A stretch of 64,000 nt of DNA from a virus. Lineage: Duplodnaviria > Caudoviricetes. The translations under genes were made by a program, and so were the position numbers. Each line of letters opens with the position of its first letter. The first letter of the stretch is position 1. Positions 44,999 to 53,037 of the stretch are shown here, piece after piece. The DNA lies in the IMG/VR virus record IMGVR_UViG_3300025120_010521; one strand, given 5' to 3'. The notes beneath the pieces were generated by a model. It saw only the letters and a program-made list of their open reading frames with translations, was not told where the DNA came from and searched no databases.

Positions 44999-47830
44999 TT
45001 ATTTTATAGCAACTTGGTAAGCCATACCACGTTGCTTTTGTCCTCTTACATAAGTATCGCCAATTGTTACAAATTGCATTAATGCTTCTGTTGGTTCATC
45101 AATTGATATTGTTTGTACTCCATCACTTGATAATCTAACTAATAACATAGAATGTAATCCTTGTTTAACTTTATAACTTTGGAAAGCAATTTTTCCAAGT
45201 TGTAAAGGAGAAACATTTGGATAGTTTACAACTGCACTGTCAATTAACCCATCGTCAGCACTTTGATATGCTGTCTTTAATACTAATTTAAAAATTTGTT
45301 TTTGTTGTTCTGATGTTAACGGATTATTTGGATCCTTAGCATATTGCGGATCACTTAATACTTGAGCTAAATGTGGTTGTTTAACTCTTGTTGTTTTTCC
45401 TGGTAGTGTCCTAACACCAGCAGGAACTAATTCTTTATTTAATAAACTATCTGGTCTATTTAAATATGTTTCTAAAGGAGTATCATCATATGCTGTCCAT
45501 CTGCCTCCGCCGCCTGAACTAGTAGATGCTTTAGCTTTAACTTCAATTAATTTACCGCCCCATTTTAAATCGTAACCAGCATCTGGTGACGTTCCAACTG
45601 TAATTTTTCTGTGGAAAGCCGCTAGTGCAACTTCGCCTGGACCAGCTTCACCGGCAAATTTTCCTTGCAATTGAGGATCGTTAATCATTTTTTGGAACAT
45701 TACTGAAGCAATGCCTGATCCTGTCCACCAATCGTCCATAGATTTAACATCACCACTGCCATCAAATAAAATTTCTGGTTTAATATAATTTTGTCTGCCA
45801 AATTCTTTTAGAAATTGAATTTTGGTTGGTATTGGAACTTCCATATCAACTATTATTTGCGATAATCTATTAATAAATTGTTTAGCGTCACTATCCTTAC
45901 CAAAAGCAAATTTTACAATGTTTCCAATATTTCCTGAACGTAAGATACTTGCAACTTTATTTAAAAGTTTTGGATTATCAGTTTTTTGTATTCTTGTTAT
46001 TATTTGTTTTTTTAAAGTATCTGGATCAACTTCGTCTTCTTTTATCATGCCATGTTTAATTAAAAGTTTTTCTAACTGTTCTTTGACCGGTAGCATGTAA
46101 TGATTCTTTCTGCCTTTGGTCAAGTATGAAAGTGTACGCCAAGTTTTAAACCAATCTTCTGTGCCTGGTTTTGATGTTGCTTTCATTTTTTGATGCATTT
46201 CTGTACCTGGATGTGTTAACAAGCTCATTTCGCCGCCATCATTTTGATATGGAACCTCAGCTGGATTTGATATTGTTTTTTTAGCTTCTTTTACTAGATG
46301 ATTAATACTTTTTTTAATTCCTTGCAAATCCATTTGTTGTTGTAGTGTTAAGTCTTTGTTTGAGCCATTAATTTTAATTAATGCTTCTTGCATACGTTTT
46401 ACACGTCTTAAATTTTTTGGTGTCATTATTGGTGGTACTCCATCTTTAGTTACTTTAAATCCAAATTTAGCTGACTGCTTTTTGATTGCATCAACACCAA
46501 CATCATGTGTAGTGTTTATGCCCTTAACAACTCTGCCACCATGTTCTGTTAAATTATTTTTTTCTTTGAAGTCTTTTATACTGTTTTGTACTTTTGACAA
46601 TGGATCTTCATCTGCTTGATACTTAACACCATAACCTCCACGTTGTAGCCAACCTTGTATATTTCTTCCTCTATCATCAATTAGTATATTTTGTGTTCCA
46701 TCTGATTGTACAGCATATGAATCTTTTCTTCCAACAACAATAATTTCATCTGGTTGTATAGCAAGTTCTCTTTTAATCCATTTAATCTTTTGTACTTTTG
46801 AATTTTCATGGTCACCTCTCAACGGAGATGATAATATTTTGTAACTACCAAATTCTTTTACAATCATTTGTATTAATTTGTCTGTAGTTGGAAATTTTGG
46901 TAATCTATTAAAAAAATCTGTACCAATCATTTTATCTAATGTTGGATCTGTTTTAGCAGGTGGAATATCTTTGTAATTTCCTGTAGTTACTCCTGCAAGT
47001 TTGGCATACTCGGCAAAAAAGTTTGCAAGTACTCCATCCATATCAACATAAGCGATTGGTTTACTTTCTGGTGCTTCTAGTTTTGCACTTTCATTAATAT
47101 CATATGATTTGCTTTTGTGTTTTGTATAACCTCTTTTGTCTAGTGCTTTTTTATCTTTGTGTGATCCTGCCGCACCGCTTTTTCTAATGGCTTCCATGTC
47201 TTTCCAATTTGGATCACGTGATTTGATATCTGGTTTCTTTGGCATCTTTGGTTTATTTGCCATTTCCATAATTCCCATACCTTGTCTTACTTTTGTGTAC
47301 AATTGTTGTTTTAATTTTTCGCCACCATCAATAGTTTGTGAAAATGTGTTAAAGTCTCCTGCTTTTGCAAGTGCTCTTGCCTTAGATGCTGACACACCAG
47401 ATACATCAGTAGCATCTGCATCTCTTTCGCCTGAACTTACTATTGAAAATTTCTCAATACCAAAATCTTTAAGATATGGTCTCATTTGTGATTCAAAGTC
47501 TTGTTTACGATCAGAACCAACTACCATAATAACTTCGTTATATTGTTTACCTAATTCTTCTAATGCTTCCCACGGTGTACGAATTGCTGGATCGTCCATA
47601 ATATTCATATGTGGAAACATTGCTCTTAAGAATGTAATTTTATCTTTGTACTGTAATGGATTTTTTTTTGGATCATTAGTTTTACCTGTAAACACATAAT
47701 GGTCTGCACCGCTAGATGCATTTTTTACAACATCCATTAATCGTGCATGTCCTTTAGTTGGAGGATTAAATCTACCAAATGTAAACACTGCCTTTTTTGC
47801 GTTTGGTTCTAATAATTCATTTATGTCCAT
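44999..47830 (-). CDS. Multidomain protein: HIGH-family nucleotidyltransferase + HAD 5'-nucleotidase + PD-(D/E)XK-like domain
   Basis: FGRFNPPTKGH and VSASKAR; YVDMDGVLANF, LSSP, ILIDD; GEVAL...YDLK...IEVKA. Confidence 0.75.
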   Translation of the reverse strand: MDINELLEPNAKKAVFTFGRFNPPTKGHARLMDVVKNASSGADHYVFTGKTNDPKKNPLQYKDKITFLRAMFPHMNIMDDPAIRTPWEALEELGKQYNEVIMVVGSDRKQDFESQMRPYLKDFGIEKFSIVSSGERDADATDVSGVSASKARALAKAGDFNTFSQTIDGGEKLKQQLYTKVRQGMGIMEMANKPKMPKKPDIKSRDPNWKDMEAIRKSGAAGSHKDKKALDKRGYTKHKSKSYDINESAKLEAPESKPIAYVDMDGVLANFFAEYAKLAGVTTGNYKDIPPAKTDPTLDKMIGTDFFNRLPKFPTTDKLIQMIVKEFGSYKILSSPLRGDHENSKVQKIKWIKRELAIQPDEIIVVGRKDSYAVQSDGTQNILIDDRGRNIQGWLQRGGYGVKYQADEDPLSKVQNSIKDFKEKNNLTEHGGRVVKGINTTHDVGVDAIKKQSAKFGFKVTKDGVPPIMTPKNLRRVKRMQEALIKINGSNKDLTLQQQMDLQGIKKSINHLVKEAKKTISNPAEVPYQNDGGEMSLLTHPGTEMHQKMKATSKPGTEDWFKTWRTLSYLTKGRKNHYMLPVKEQLEKLLIKHGMIKEDEVDPDTLKKQIITRIQKTDNPKLLNKVASILRSGNIGNIVKFAFGKDSDAKQFINRLSQIIVDMEVPIPTKIQFLKEFGRQNYIKPEILFDGSGDVKSMDDWWTGSGIASVMFQKMINDPQLQGKFAGEAGPGEVALAAFHRKITVGTSPDAGYDLKWGGKLIEVKAKASTSSGGGGRWTAYDDTPLETYLNRPDSLLNKELVPAGVRTLPGKTTRVKQPHLAQVLSDPQYAKDPNNPLTSEQQKQIFKLVLKTAYQSADDGLIDSAVVNYPNVSPLQLGKIAFQSYKVKQGLHSMLLVRLSSDGVQTISIDEPTEALMQFVTIGDTYVRGQKQRGMAYQVAIK

Positions 47831-47977
47831 TTATCTTCTTTTGCCTTGTCCGTTATATTGTTTATAAGAACGTCTTTTGGATTTATTCATCGATGACATT
47901 TTTAATCTGCCACGACCAATTGTTGTTCTTTTTGCTACATGGTTGATTGTAGACTCTTGTCCCATCATCTTTGCCAT
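47831..47977 (-). CDS. Small very basic protein (48 aa, not in ORF track)
   Basis: MAKMMGQESTINHVAKRTTIGRGRLKMSSMNKSKRRSYKQYNGQGKRR. Confidence 0.65.
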   Translation of the reverse strand: MAKMMGQESTINHVAKRTTIGRGRLKMSSMNKSKRRSYKQYNGQGKRR

Positions 47978-47978
47978 A

Positions 47979-48350
47979 TTATGCTCCTATTTTTAAATTT
48001 ACTTCACTGTACTCATTATCATCCATCTTTTGTAATTCATCATCAGCAATTGATTTAGCCGCTAAATTTCTCACAAGTCCTGGAAACTTAACTCTTGCCA
48101 TTGGACCTGCTTCTTTTTTAGCTACGTTATCAATTAAGTAACGCCATAATTTAATTGCTAGATTATGATCGTAAACACCTTTAGCACGTTTACGCATAAG
48201 ATTTTTAATAATTGGCATATATTGACTTCTATAAAGATCTCCATCATTTGTTGCTAATAATTCTAACTCATCAGCAAGATCTTGAACTTTAGTAGGGTCA
48301 ACAGTACCTTCTTGTACTTCTAGTAAATAATCTTTAAATTGTCTAGTCAT
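47979..48350 (-). CDS. Hypothetical protein, CTS-like start
   Basis: MTRQFKDYLLE; TATAAATA inside the upstream promoter. Confidence 0.65.
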   Translation of the reverse strand: MTRQFKDYLLEVQEGTVDPTKVQDLADELELLATNDGDLYRSQYMPIIKNLMRKRAKGVYDHNLAIKLWRYLIDNVAKKEAGPMARVKFPGLVRNLAAKSIADDELQKMDDNEYSEVNLKIGA

Positions 48351-48369
48351 AACTAATTCCTAATAGTAT

Positions 48370-48398
48370 TGTATATACTAGTGTATTTATACTGTCAA
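48370..48398 (-). promoter_or_regulatory. Composite promoter (sigma70-like with nested TATAAATA)
   Basis: TTGACA-GTATAAATACACTAGTA-TATACA. Confidence 0.55.
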
Positions 48399-48412
48399 GA
48401 AAAATTAGAAAC

Positions 48413-48979
48413 TTAATTAAATGTGATATATTCGTCTTTATTAGGCTTTACATCATCATCATTAGTTGAATTTCCAGGTTCTGTTCCTGGAGTCTCTATT
48501 TCTTGCTGTAATATTGGATTCCAAAACGTTCCCATATTTGGACCTGCATATCCTACACCAATAGCTAAATTAATATCATCACCATGATAGCATCCACAAA
48601 ATCCTATATCAAGTCCATAATTTACTGCTGATGTAACTGTAAACATTGCCGCCAAGCCAATTTCCATTAATGAATTGCTGTTTGCTCCTTCATCACCACT
48701 ATCTCTATATGAAAAAGTAAACAAGTACGGAGCCATTACTTGAGGATTGCGTCTATCTTCCGGAGAATCAACATCACACCAAGTATTTTTAAATATTTGA
48801 TTTCGTTTTTCTGGATTTGACCAATCTAAAACTTCAATTTTGTATGGAACTGCGTTTTGCTTACTTGGACAATTATTGTGTACTTCATCTAATATTTGAT
48901 TAATAATGTTACGATCAGGAACTTTGTTAGACCAACTAAACGTTTGCTTTTTGTTTTTAAGTATATCTTGCCAATCCAT
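48413..48979 (-). CDS. Nitroreductase-like protein
   Basis: PSKQN, EIG.AA.F...A...GLDIGFCGC. Confidence 0.7.
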   Translation of the reverse strand: MDWQDILKNKKQTFSWSNKVPDRNIINQILDEVHNNCPSKQNAVPYKIEVLDWSNPEKRNQIFKNTWCDVDSPEDRRNPQVMAPYLFTFSYRDSGDEGANSNSLMEIGLAAMFTVTSAVNYGLDIGFCGCYHGDDINLAIGVGYAGPNMGTFWNPILQQEIETPGTEPGNSTNDDDVKPNKDEYITFN

Positions 48980-49017
48980 ATCTATATAAATCCCTATATA
49001 GTATATTTATAATTGGA

Positions 49018-49611
49018 TTATCCCCATGGCTTCTTATCAAGGTCAACTGTGATACCTTGTGCTTTTAACCCTTTTATTACGTTTTGTACACCAACTACCT
49101 GTCTAAATGTGTCATGTAGTGCATGGTGCTTGTCTGCTTGTGGCATTTGTGCTTGGATTCCAAAGCCAAACAATGTTCTAGTATCTCTTATGTCGTAATA
49201 ACTCCATGGAACTCCAACTTCCATTTTACGCATAATATTGTCAACAATCATTAAATCAAAGCATGATCCATGGCTCCAAGGACGTTTTACACCAAATGAA
49301 AACTTACGCAACTCTTTCATTGCGTCTTGTATTGTGATCCTATCACCGTTGTCACCAAATGCTTCATCTTGTGCTTCTTTTGATTGTGTTGACCACCAAT
49401 TGATTGTTTCTTCGTTGACTTTACACCCAAGTGCTGTGCATGAATCTAAATCAATTCTTCTGTACATAACTTGATGTGGTGGAAGATCTGAAACTTTAAT
49501 TTTGCTATAATCTGCGTGTGGATCAAATCTAATTGCGGCCATAGTAACAATTGCCGCATCGTTAGATGTAGCTAGAGTTTCTAAATCAATCATTAAATCT
49601 GTGTTTGCCAT
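49018..49611 (-). CDS. DEDD-family 3'-5' exonuclease
   Basis: MIDLETL, HGSCFD, DTRT, HHALHD. Confidence 0.85.
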   Translation of the reverse strand: MANTDLMIDLETLATSNDAAIVTMAAIRFDPHADYSKIKVSDLPPHQVMYRRIDLDSCTALGCKVNEETINWWSTQSKEAQDEAFGDNGDRITIQDAMKELRKFSFGVKRPWSHGSCFDLMIVDNIMRKMEVGVPWSYYDIRDTRTLFGFGIQAQMPQADKHHALHDTFRQVVGVQNVIKGLKAQGITVDLDKKPWG

Positions 49612-49617
49612 ATTTTT

Positions 49618-49645
49618 ATTATAGCATCAATTAGTTATTTGTAAA
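49618..49645 (-). promoter_or_regulatory. Sigma70-like promoter, leaderless
   Basis: TTTACA-N16-TATAAT, ATG 6 nt downstream. Confidence 0.6.
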
Positions 49646-49650
49646 GAGGT

Positions 49651-50292
49651 TTATTCTTCTGATTTGTCTTTATATTGCCATTCGTCAGTGTGTCCAACTG
49701 ACCATTTAGGTTCATTTTCAACTGTATAATTTTGTGTACAAACTTTAAAGTCTGGCATTTTACGATCAGGATGTACTAGACTTTGGTCTGTAAATATAGT
49801 TCTATTGTTTGGCTGTGCCGCAAACTGTCCATTGTCTAGTTTAATAAAATTAAATGACTTATGCTCTGGATCATGTTCTGAAAAATTTGTATTAAGTGTA
49901 TTATTGTCTCTATGACAAGTATCAAGTGTAAAAATGTATTCGCCTTTGTGCATATTTTTGTCTTTACCAAAAAATTGACAATCAGCTAACATTGGCTTTT
50001 TAATTACTGTAATATCGTAATCAAAACAATCCCATATTTGTAATGTATCTAAAGGAAGTTGGTTATCTTTGTCGTAGTCTATTTTCCAGACGAATGCTGA
50101 AATTGGAAGTTTATCATATAATGCACCATATTCTGTTAGTAGTGTTTCTATGTATAATGCTTTACCCATTATACTTCTAATTGATATCCAAACTCCAGGT
50201 GTTAGTTCACCATGACCTTTTTGTAGATCATAAAGATATTCTTTTTTTACATATACTTCAATTGGTGGAAGATTGTGTACTAGGAAGCTCAT
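49651..50292 (-). CDS. Conserved-type hypothetical protein
   Basis: 213 aa globular ORF with GGAGG SD. Confidence 0.7.
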   Translation of the reverse strand: MSFLVHNLPPIEVYVKKEYLYDLQKGHGELTPGVWISIRSIMGKALYIETLLTEYGALYDKLPISAFVWKIDYDKDNQLPLDTLQIWDCFDYDITVIKKPMLADCQFFGKDKNMHKGEYIFTLDTCHRDNNTLNTNFSEHDPEHKSFNFIKLDNGQFAAQPNNRTIFTDQSLVHPDRKMPDFKVCTQNYTVENEPKWSVGHTDEWQYKDKSEE

Positions 50293-50304
50293 CCGATGCC
50301 TCCG

Positions 50305-51417
50305 TTACCATGCTCTGCAACTCCAGTAACGAGCTTTCGTTCTTGGACCTGGATTTGAGCAATTATGTCTTGCACGGAATGATTTTCTACGTGCTGGGTT
50401 TGATTTTTTAATACGCATTGTTTTTGAATCTTTGTTCTTGCCGCCACCTTGGTGACCAAAGCGTACCATTTTTACGTTTCCTGTTTTAGGATCTTTTACA
50501 TAAACTTTAAATTTACCTGGCTCATCTGTGCCAGTTCTGATTGGCTTACTTAACTTAACTGTTTTGCCTTTGTACTTGGCTTCAAATGCTTGACCAAAAG
50601 TTCGTGTATTTTCAGCAACACCAAAACCTACAATATCTTCACCTAAGATCTTTGCCGCTTCTGTACAGTTGTCTTCATCAATTTCTGATACACCCATAAC
50701 TTTCATAAATTCTTGGTGCATAGATTTAGTAATTGGCATCATAGCATAAAAAGGTTCTAATCCTTTTTCAGTAACAGCATCTTGACCGTACTTTGATGTA
50801 ACGTTATTGTATTCGTTAATTTCAGCACCATCTGAAAGTATACCAGTGTCTATATAACCTTTTAACATTCCTGCTGGTAATTCGTCTCCGTTGCTTCCTT
50901 CATAATTTTTGTACTTGTTGTACCAAGCCTCTAATGCTGACTTATCAACTGCTTCATTAACATCTTGTTCGTTGTTATCAAAACCTGCTTGTACCATTTC
51001 ATATTCTAAATAATCTTTTACCACTTTTAAGTAATCTGATGCTTTGGTTAGTTTTGATGCTACCCAACCTTCGATACCTTGACGTTCAGAAACCTTTTGC
51101 AACATATCATGAACTGCTTTTGCGTTTTTCATTGCATGGTACATTTGTGATTTGCCCATGTTGACTTCATGGTCTTGTTCTTGTGATTCTTGCTCTTGTG
51201 GTTCTTGTTCCATTTCGCAACCACATGCTTCTTCTAAATCTGAAATAAATTTTAATGCTTTGTCATCTGCTATTACAGTAACAGAGTTTTCATCAATTTT
51301 TTCAATCACTGTTGAAATTAATGCTGTGCTTTCGCCAAACTCAAGATCAATTGCATCACCAACTTGTGGTTTTAGCTGTTCTGATACAATATCAATGTAT
51401 TTTCTTATATCTTGCAT
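50305..51417 (-). CDS. Modular putative internal head protein with basic C-terminal domain
   Basis: MQDIRKYIDIVSE; GWVASKLTKASDYL module; RRKSFRARHNC...ARYWSC C-terminus. Confidence 0.7.
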   Translation of the reverse strand: MQDIRKYIDIVSEQLKPQVGDAIDLEFGESTALISTVIEKIDENSVTVIADDKALKFISDLEEACGCEMEQEPQEQESQEQDHEVNMGKSQMYHAMKNAKAVHDMLQKVSERQGIEGWVASKLTKASDYLKVVKDYLEYEMVQAGFDNNEQDVNEAVDKSALEAWYNKYKNYEGSNGDELPAGMLKGYIDTGILSDGAEINEYNNVTSKYGQDAVTEKGLEPFYAMMPITKSMHQEFMKVMGVSEIDEDNCTEAAKILGEDIVGFGVAENTRTFGQAFEAKYKGKTVKLSKPIRTGTDEPGKFKVYVKDPKTGNVKMVRFGHQGGGKNKDSKTMRIKKSNPARRKSFRARHNCSNPGPRTKARYWSCRAW

Positions 51418-51421
51418 AATT

Positions 51422-51793
51422 TTATTTATCTCCTACTGCTTGTTTGTAAGCATCTAAGCCCATTTCCATAGCATCACGTTCTGTATCAGTAAAATTTCCT
51501 ACTACAGGGGTTGTTGATTCTACATCAAAGTCAATTGTCATTACATAATCTAATGCATCAAACAATAATTCTGTTTCGTCTGGGGTTAAGTCTCTAGTAG
51601 TAGGCATGTCATAAGCATGACGTCCATCTTTAATATGATAGAATACATCAGTATTTGATTTACCTGGTTGACTTATGGTTCTTAGTATACCTTCCGGTAC
51701 AATTAATTCAATTGTTTTATATATAATTTGTAGAACTTCATTTGAAAGTTCTTCATCTACGTATACTCTTATATGATGTTGATATGATCTCAT
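51422..51793 (-). CDS. Hypothetical protein
   Basis: ORF in array. Confidence 0.6.
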   Translation of the reverse strand: MRSYQHHIRVYVDEELSNEVLQIIYKTIELIVPEGILRTISQPGKSNTDVFYHIKDGRHAYDMPTTRDLTPDETELLFDALDYVMTIDFDVESTTPVVGNFTDTERDAMEMGLDAYKQAVGDK

Positions 51794-52230
51794 TACTTAC
51801 TAGCCTTCATTTTATTTATTGCTTCTCGGTTTTTAGAAATTTGTTCATCTTGAACTTTATCAATAAGTGTTTTAACTCTTTCTGCTTTTTCTAATTCTGT
51901 ATCTATATGTAAATCTTTCTTAATAACTTTCTCAAGTTTTAAAAAAGGTATTCTTTCATTTGGTACATATCTCCAAGTGTACCCACGTTCTGAATATACT
52001 CCAAACACTGTTTGTCTTGCACCAATTTTAACAATCATTGCTAACTCACCGTCTAGTAAACATTCATCACCTTCATTAAATGCCGGATCAAATTTAAATC
52101 TAAGACCTTTTGCTAAACCTATAGCAAAATCTTTAAACCAAATAGCTACTACCAAAGATAGTAATACTGCAATCCATGGTAATAGCATACCTGTTAAATC
52201 CATTGATAATGTATTAAGATCCGGAGACAT
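51793..52230 (-). CDS. Minimal MscS-like membrane protein
   Basis: TM helix, FNEGDECLLDGELAMIVKIG..T...YVPN beta domain. Confidence 0.55.
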   Translation of the reverse strand: MSPDLNTLSMDLTGMLLPWIAVLLSLVVAIWFKDFAIGLAKGLRFKFDPAFNEGDECLLDGELAMIVKIGARQTVFGVYSERGYTWRYVPNERIPFLKLEKVIKKDLHIDTELEKAERVKTLIDKVQDEQISKNREAINKMKASK

Positions 52231-52493
52231 TAACTTACCTTGCTTCCTTTGGTAGTTGTTTCAATTTTCATTTTTTTACCTGTGCCTGAATTTACATATA
52301 AACCAAACCAAGCCGCGCCTGCACCAACTATTACTGATACAAAACCTGCCTGTGCATTATTTGGGTTTTCTAACAACATAAACCAATTCATTGTTTGGTA
52401 AAAAACAACTGCGTATAAAAAGATTAGTAATCTTGGAATGACTCTCCAGTTATCTAATGTTTCAGGTATCTCATATTTTATGATATTCCACAT
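52230..52493 (-). CDS. 2-TM holin-like membrane protein
   Basis: WRVIPRLL..TM1..NPNNAQ..TM2, basic C-tail. Confidence 0.5.
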   Translation of the reverse strand: MWNIIKYEIPETLDNWRVIPRLLIFLYAVVFYQTMNWFMLLENPNNAQAGFVSVIVGAGAAWFGLYVNSGTGKKMKIETTTKGSKVS

Positions 52494-52542
52494 AAATTTA
52501 CTCCTATTGGTATAATTTAATAGTATTTATGTAAATGAAAGA

Positions 52543-52565
52543 GGTGCCCTAAGAATTAGGGCACC
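52543..52565 (-). terminator. Rho-independent terminator
   Basis: GGTGCCCTAA-TTC-TTAGGGCACC then TCTTTCATTT. Confidence 0.8.
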
Positions 52566-52575
52566 CTAAATAAGT

Positions 52576-52800
52576 CTATTTTTTAGTAAAAATCCAGTAT
52601 AAGATCCATAGTGCTACTAACCCTACAAGACCTTGACTACCGATTTGATTTACAATGGCAATAATATTTGCAACAACATCTAAATCATAAAAGCCAATTA
52701 GTTTGTCACCAAATAATACTTGCAATACAACACCAAATGAAATTAACGTGATTCCTACTTCTGTTAATTTTCTGACGCCGTCAATTATTCTATCCCACAT
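52576..52800 (-). CDS. Small hydrophobic membrane protein (paralog of 40555..40779)
   Basis: Start revised to MWDRIID at 52800 (AAGGAG SD). Confidence 0.75.
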   Translation of the reverse strand: MWDRIIDGVRKLTEVGITLISFGVVLQVLFGDKLIGFYDLDVVANIIAIVNQIGSQGLVGLVALWILYWIFTKK

Positions 52801-53037
52801 AAGTAATCTCCTTATCGTTGATATGTGTATCAACTGTGCTTTATTTAATATAGAGTTAATTGACTATTAAAAACTATGTTTATGTAGGTAGTGTTTGTGA
52901 TAAATGCACACCTATCAAGCACTGTAGAGCCCTTAAAATAGGATTAAGACACCAATATAGTGGTATTTTAGTATTATATATTGTTGGTTTTAAACAATAA
53001 TAATATGAATATTTTGGCCAAAGTTGACCTAGTTGAA

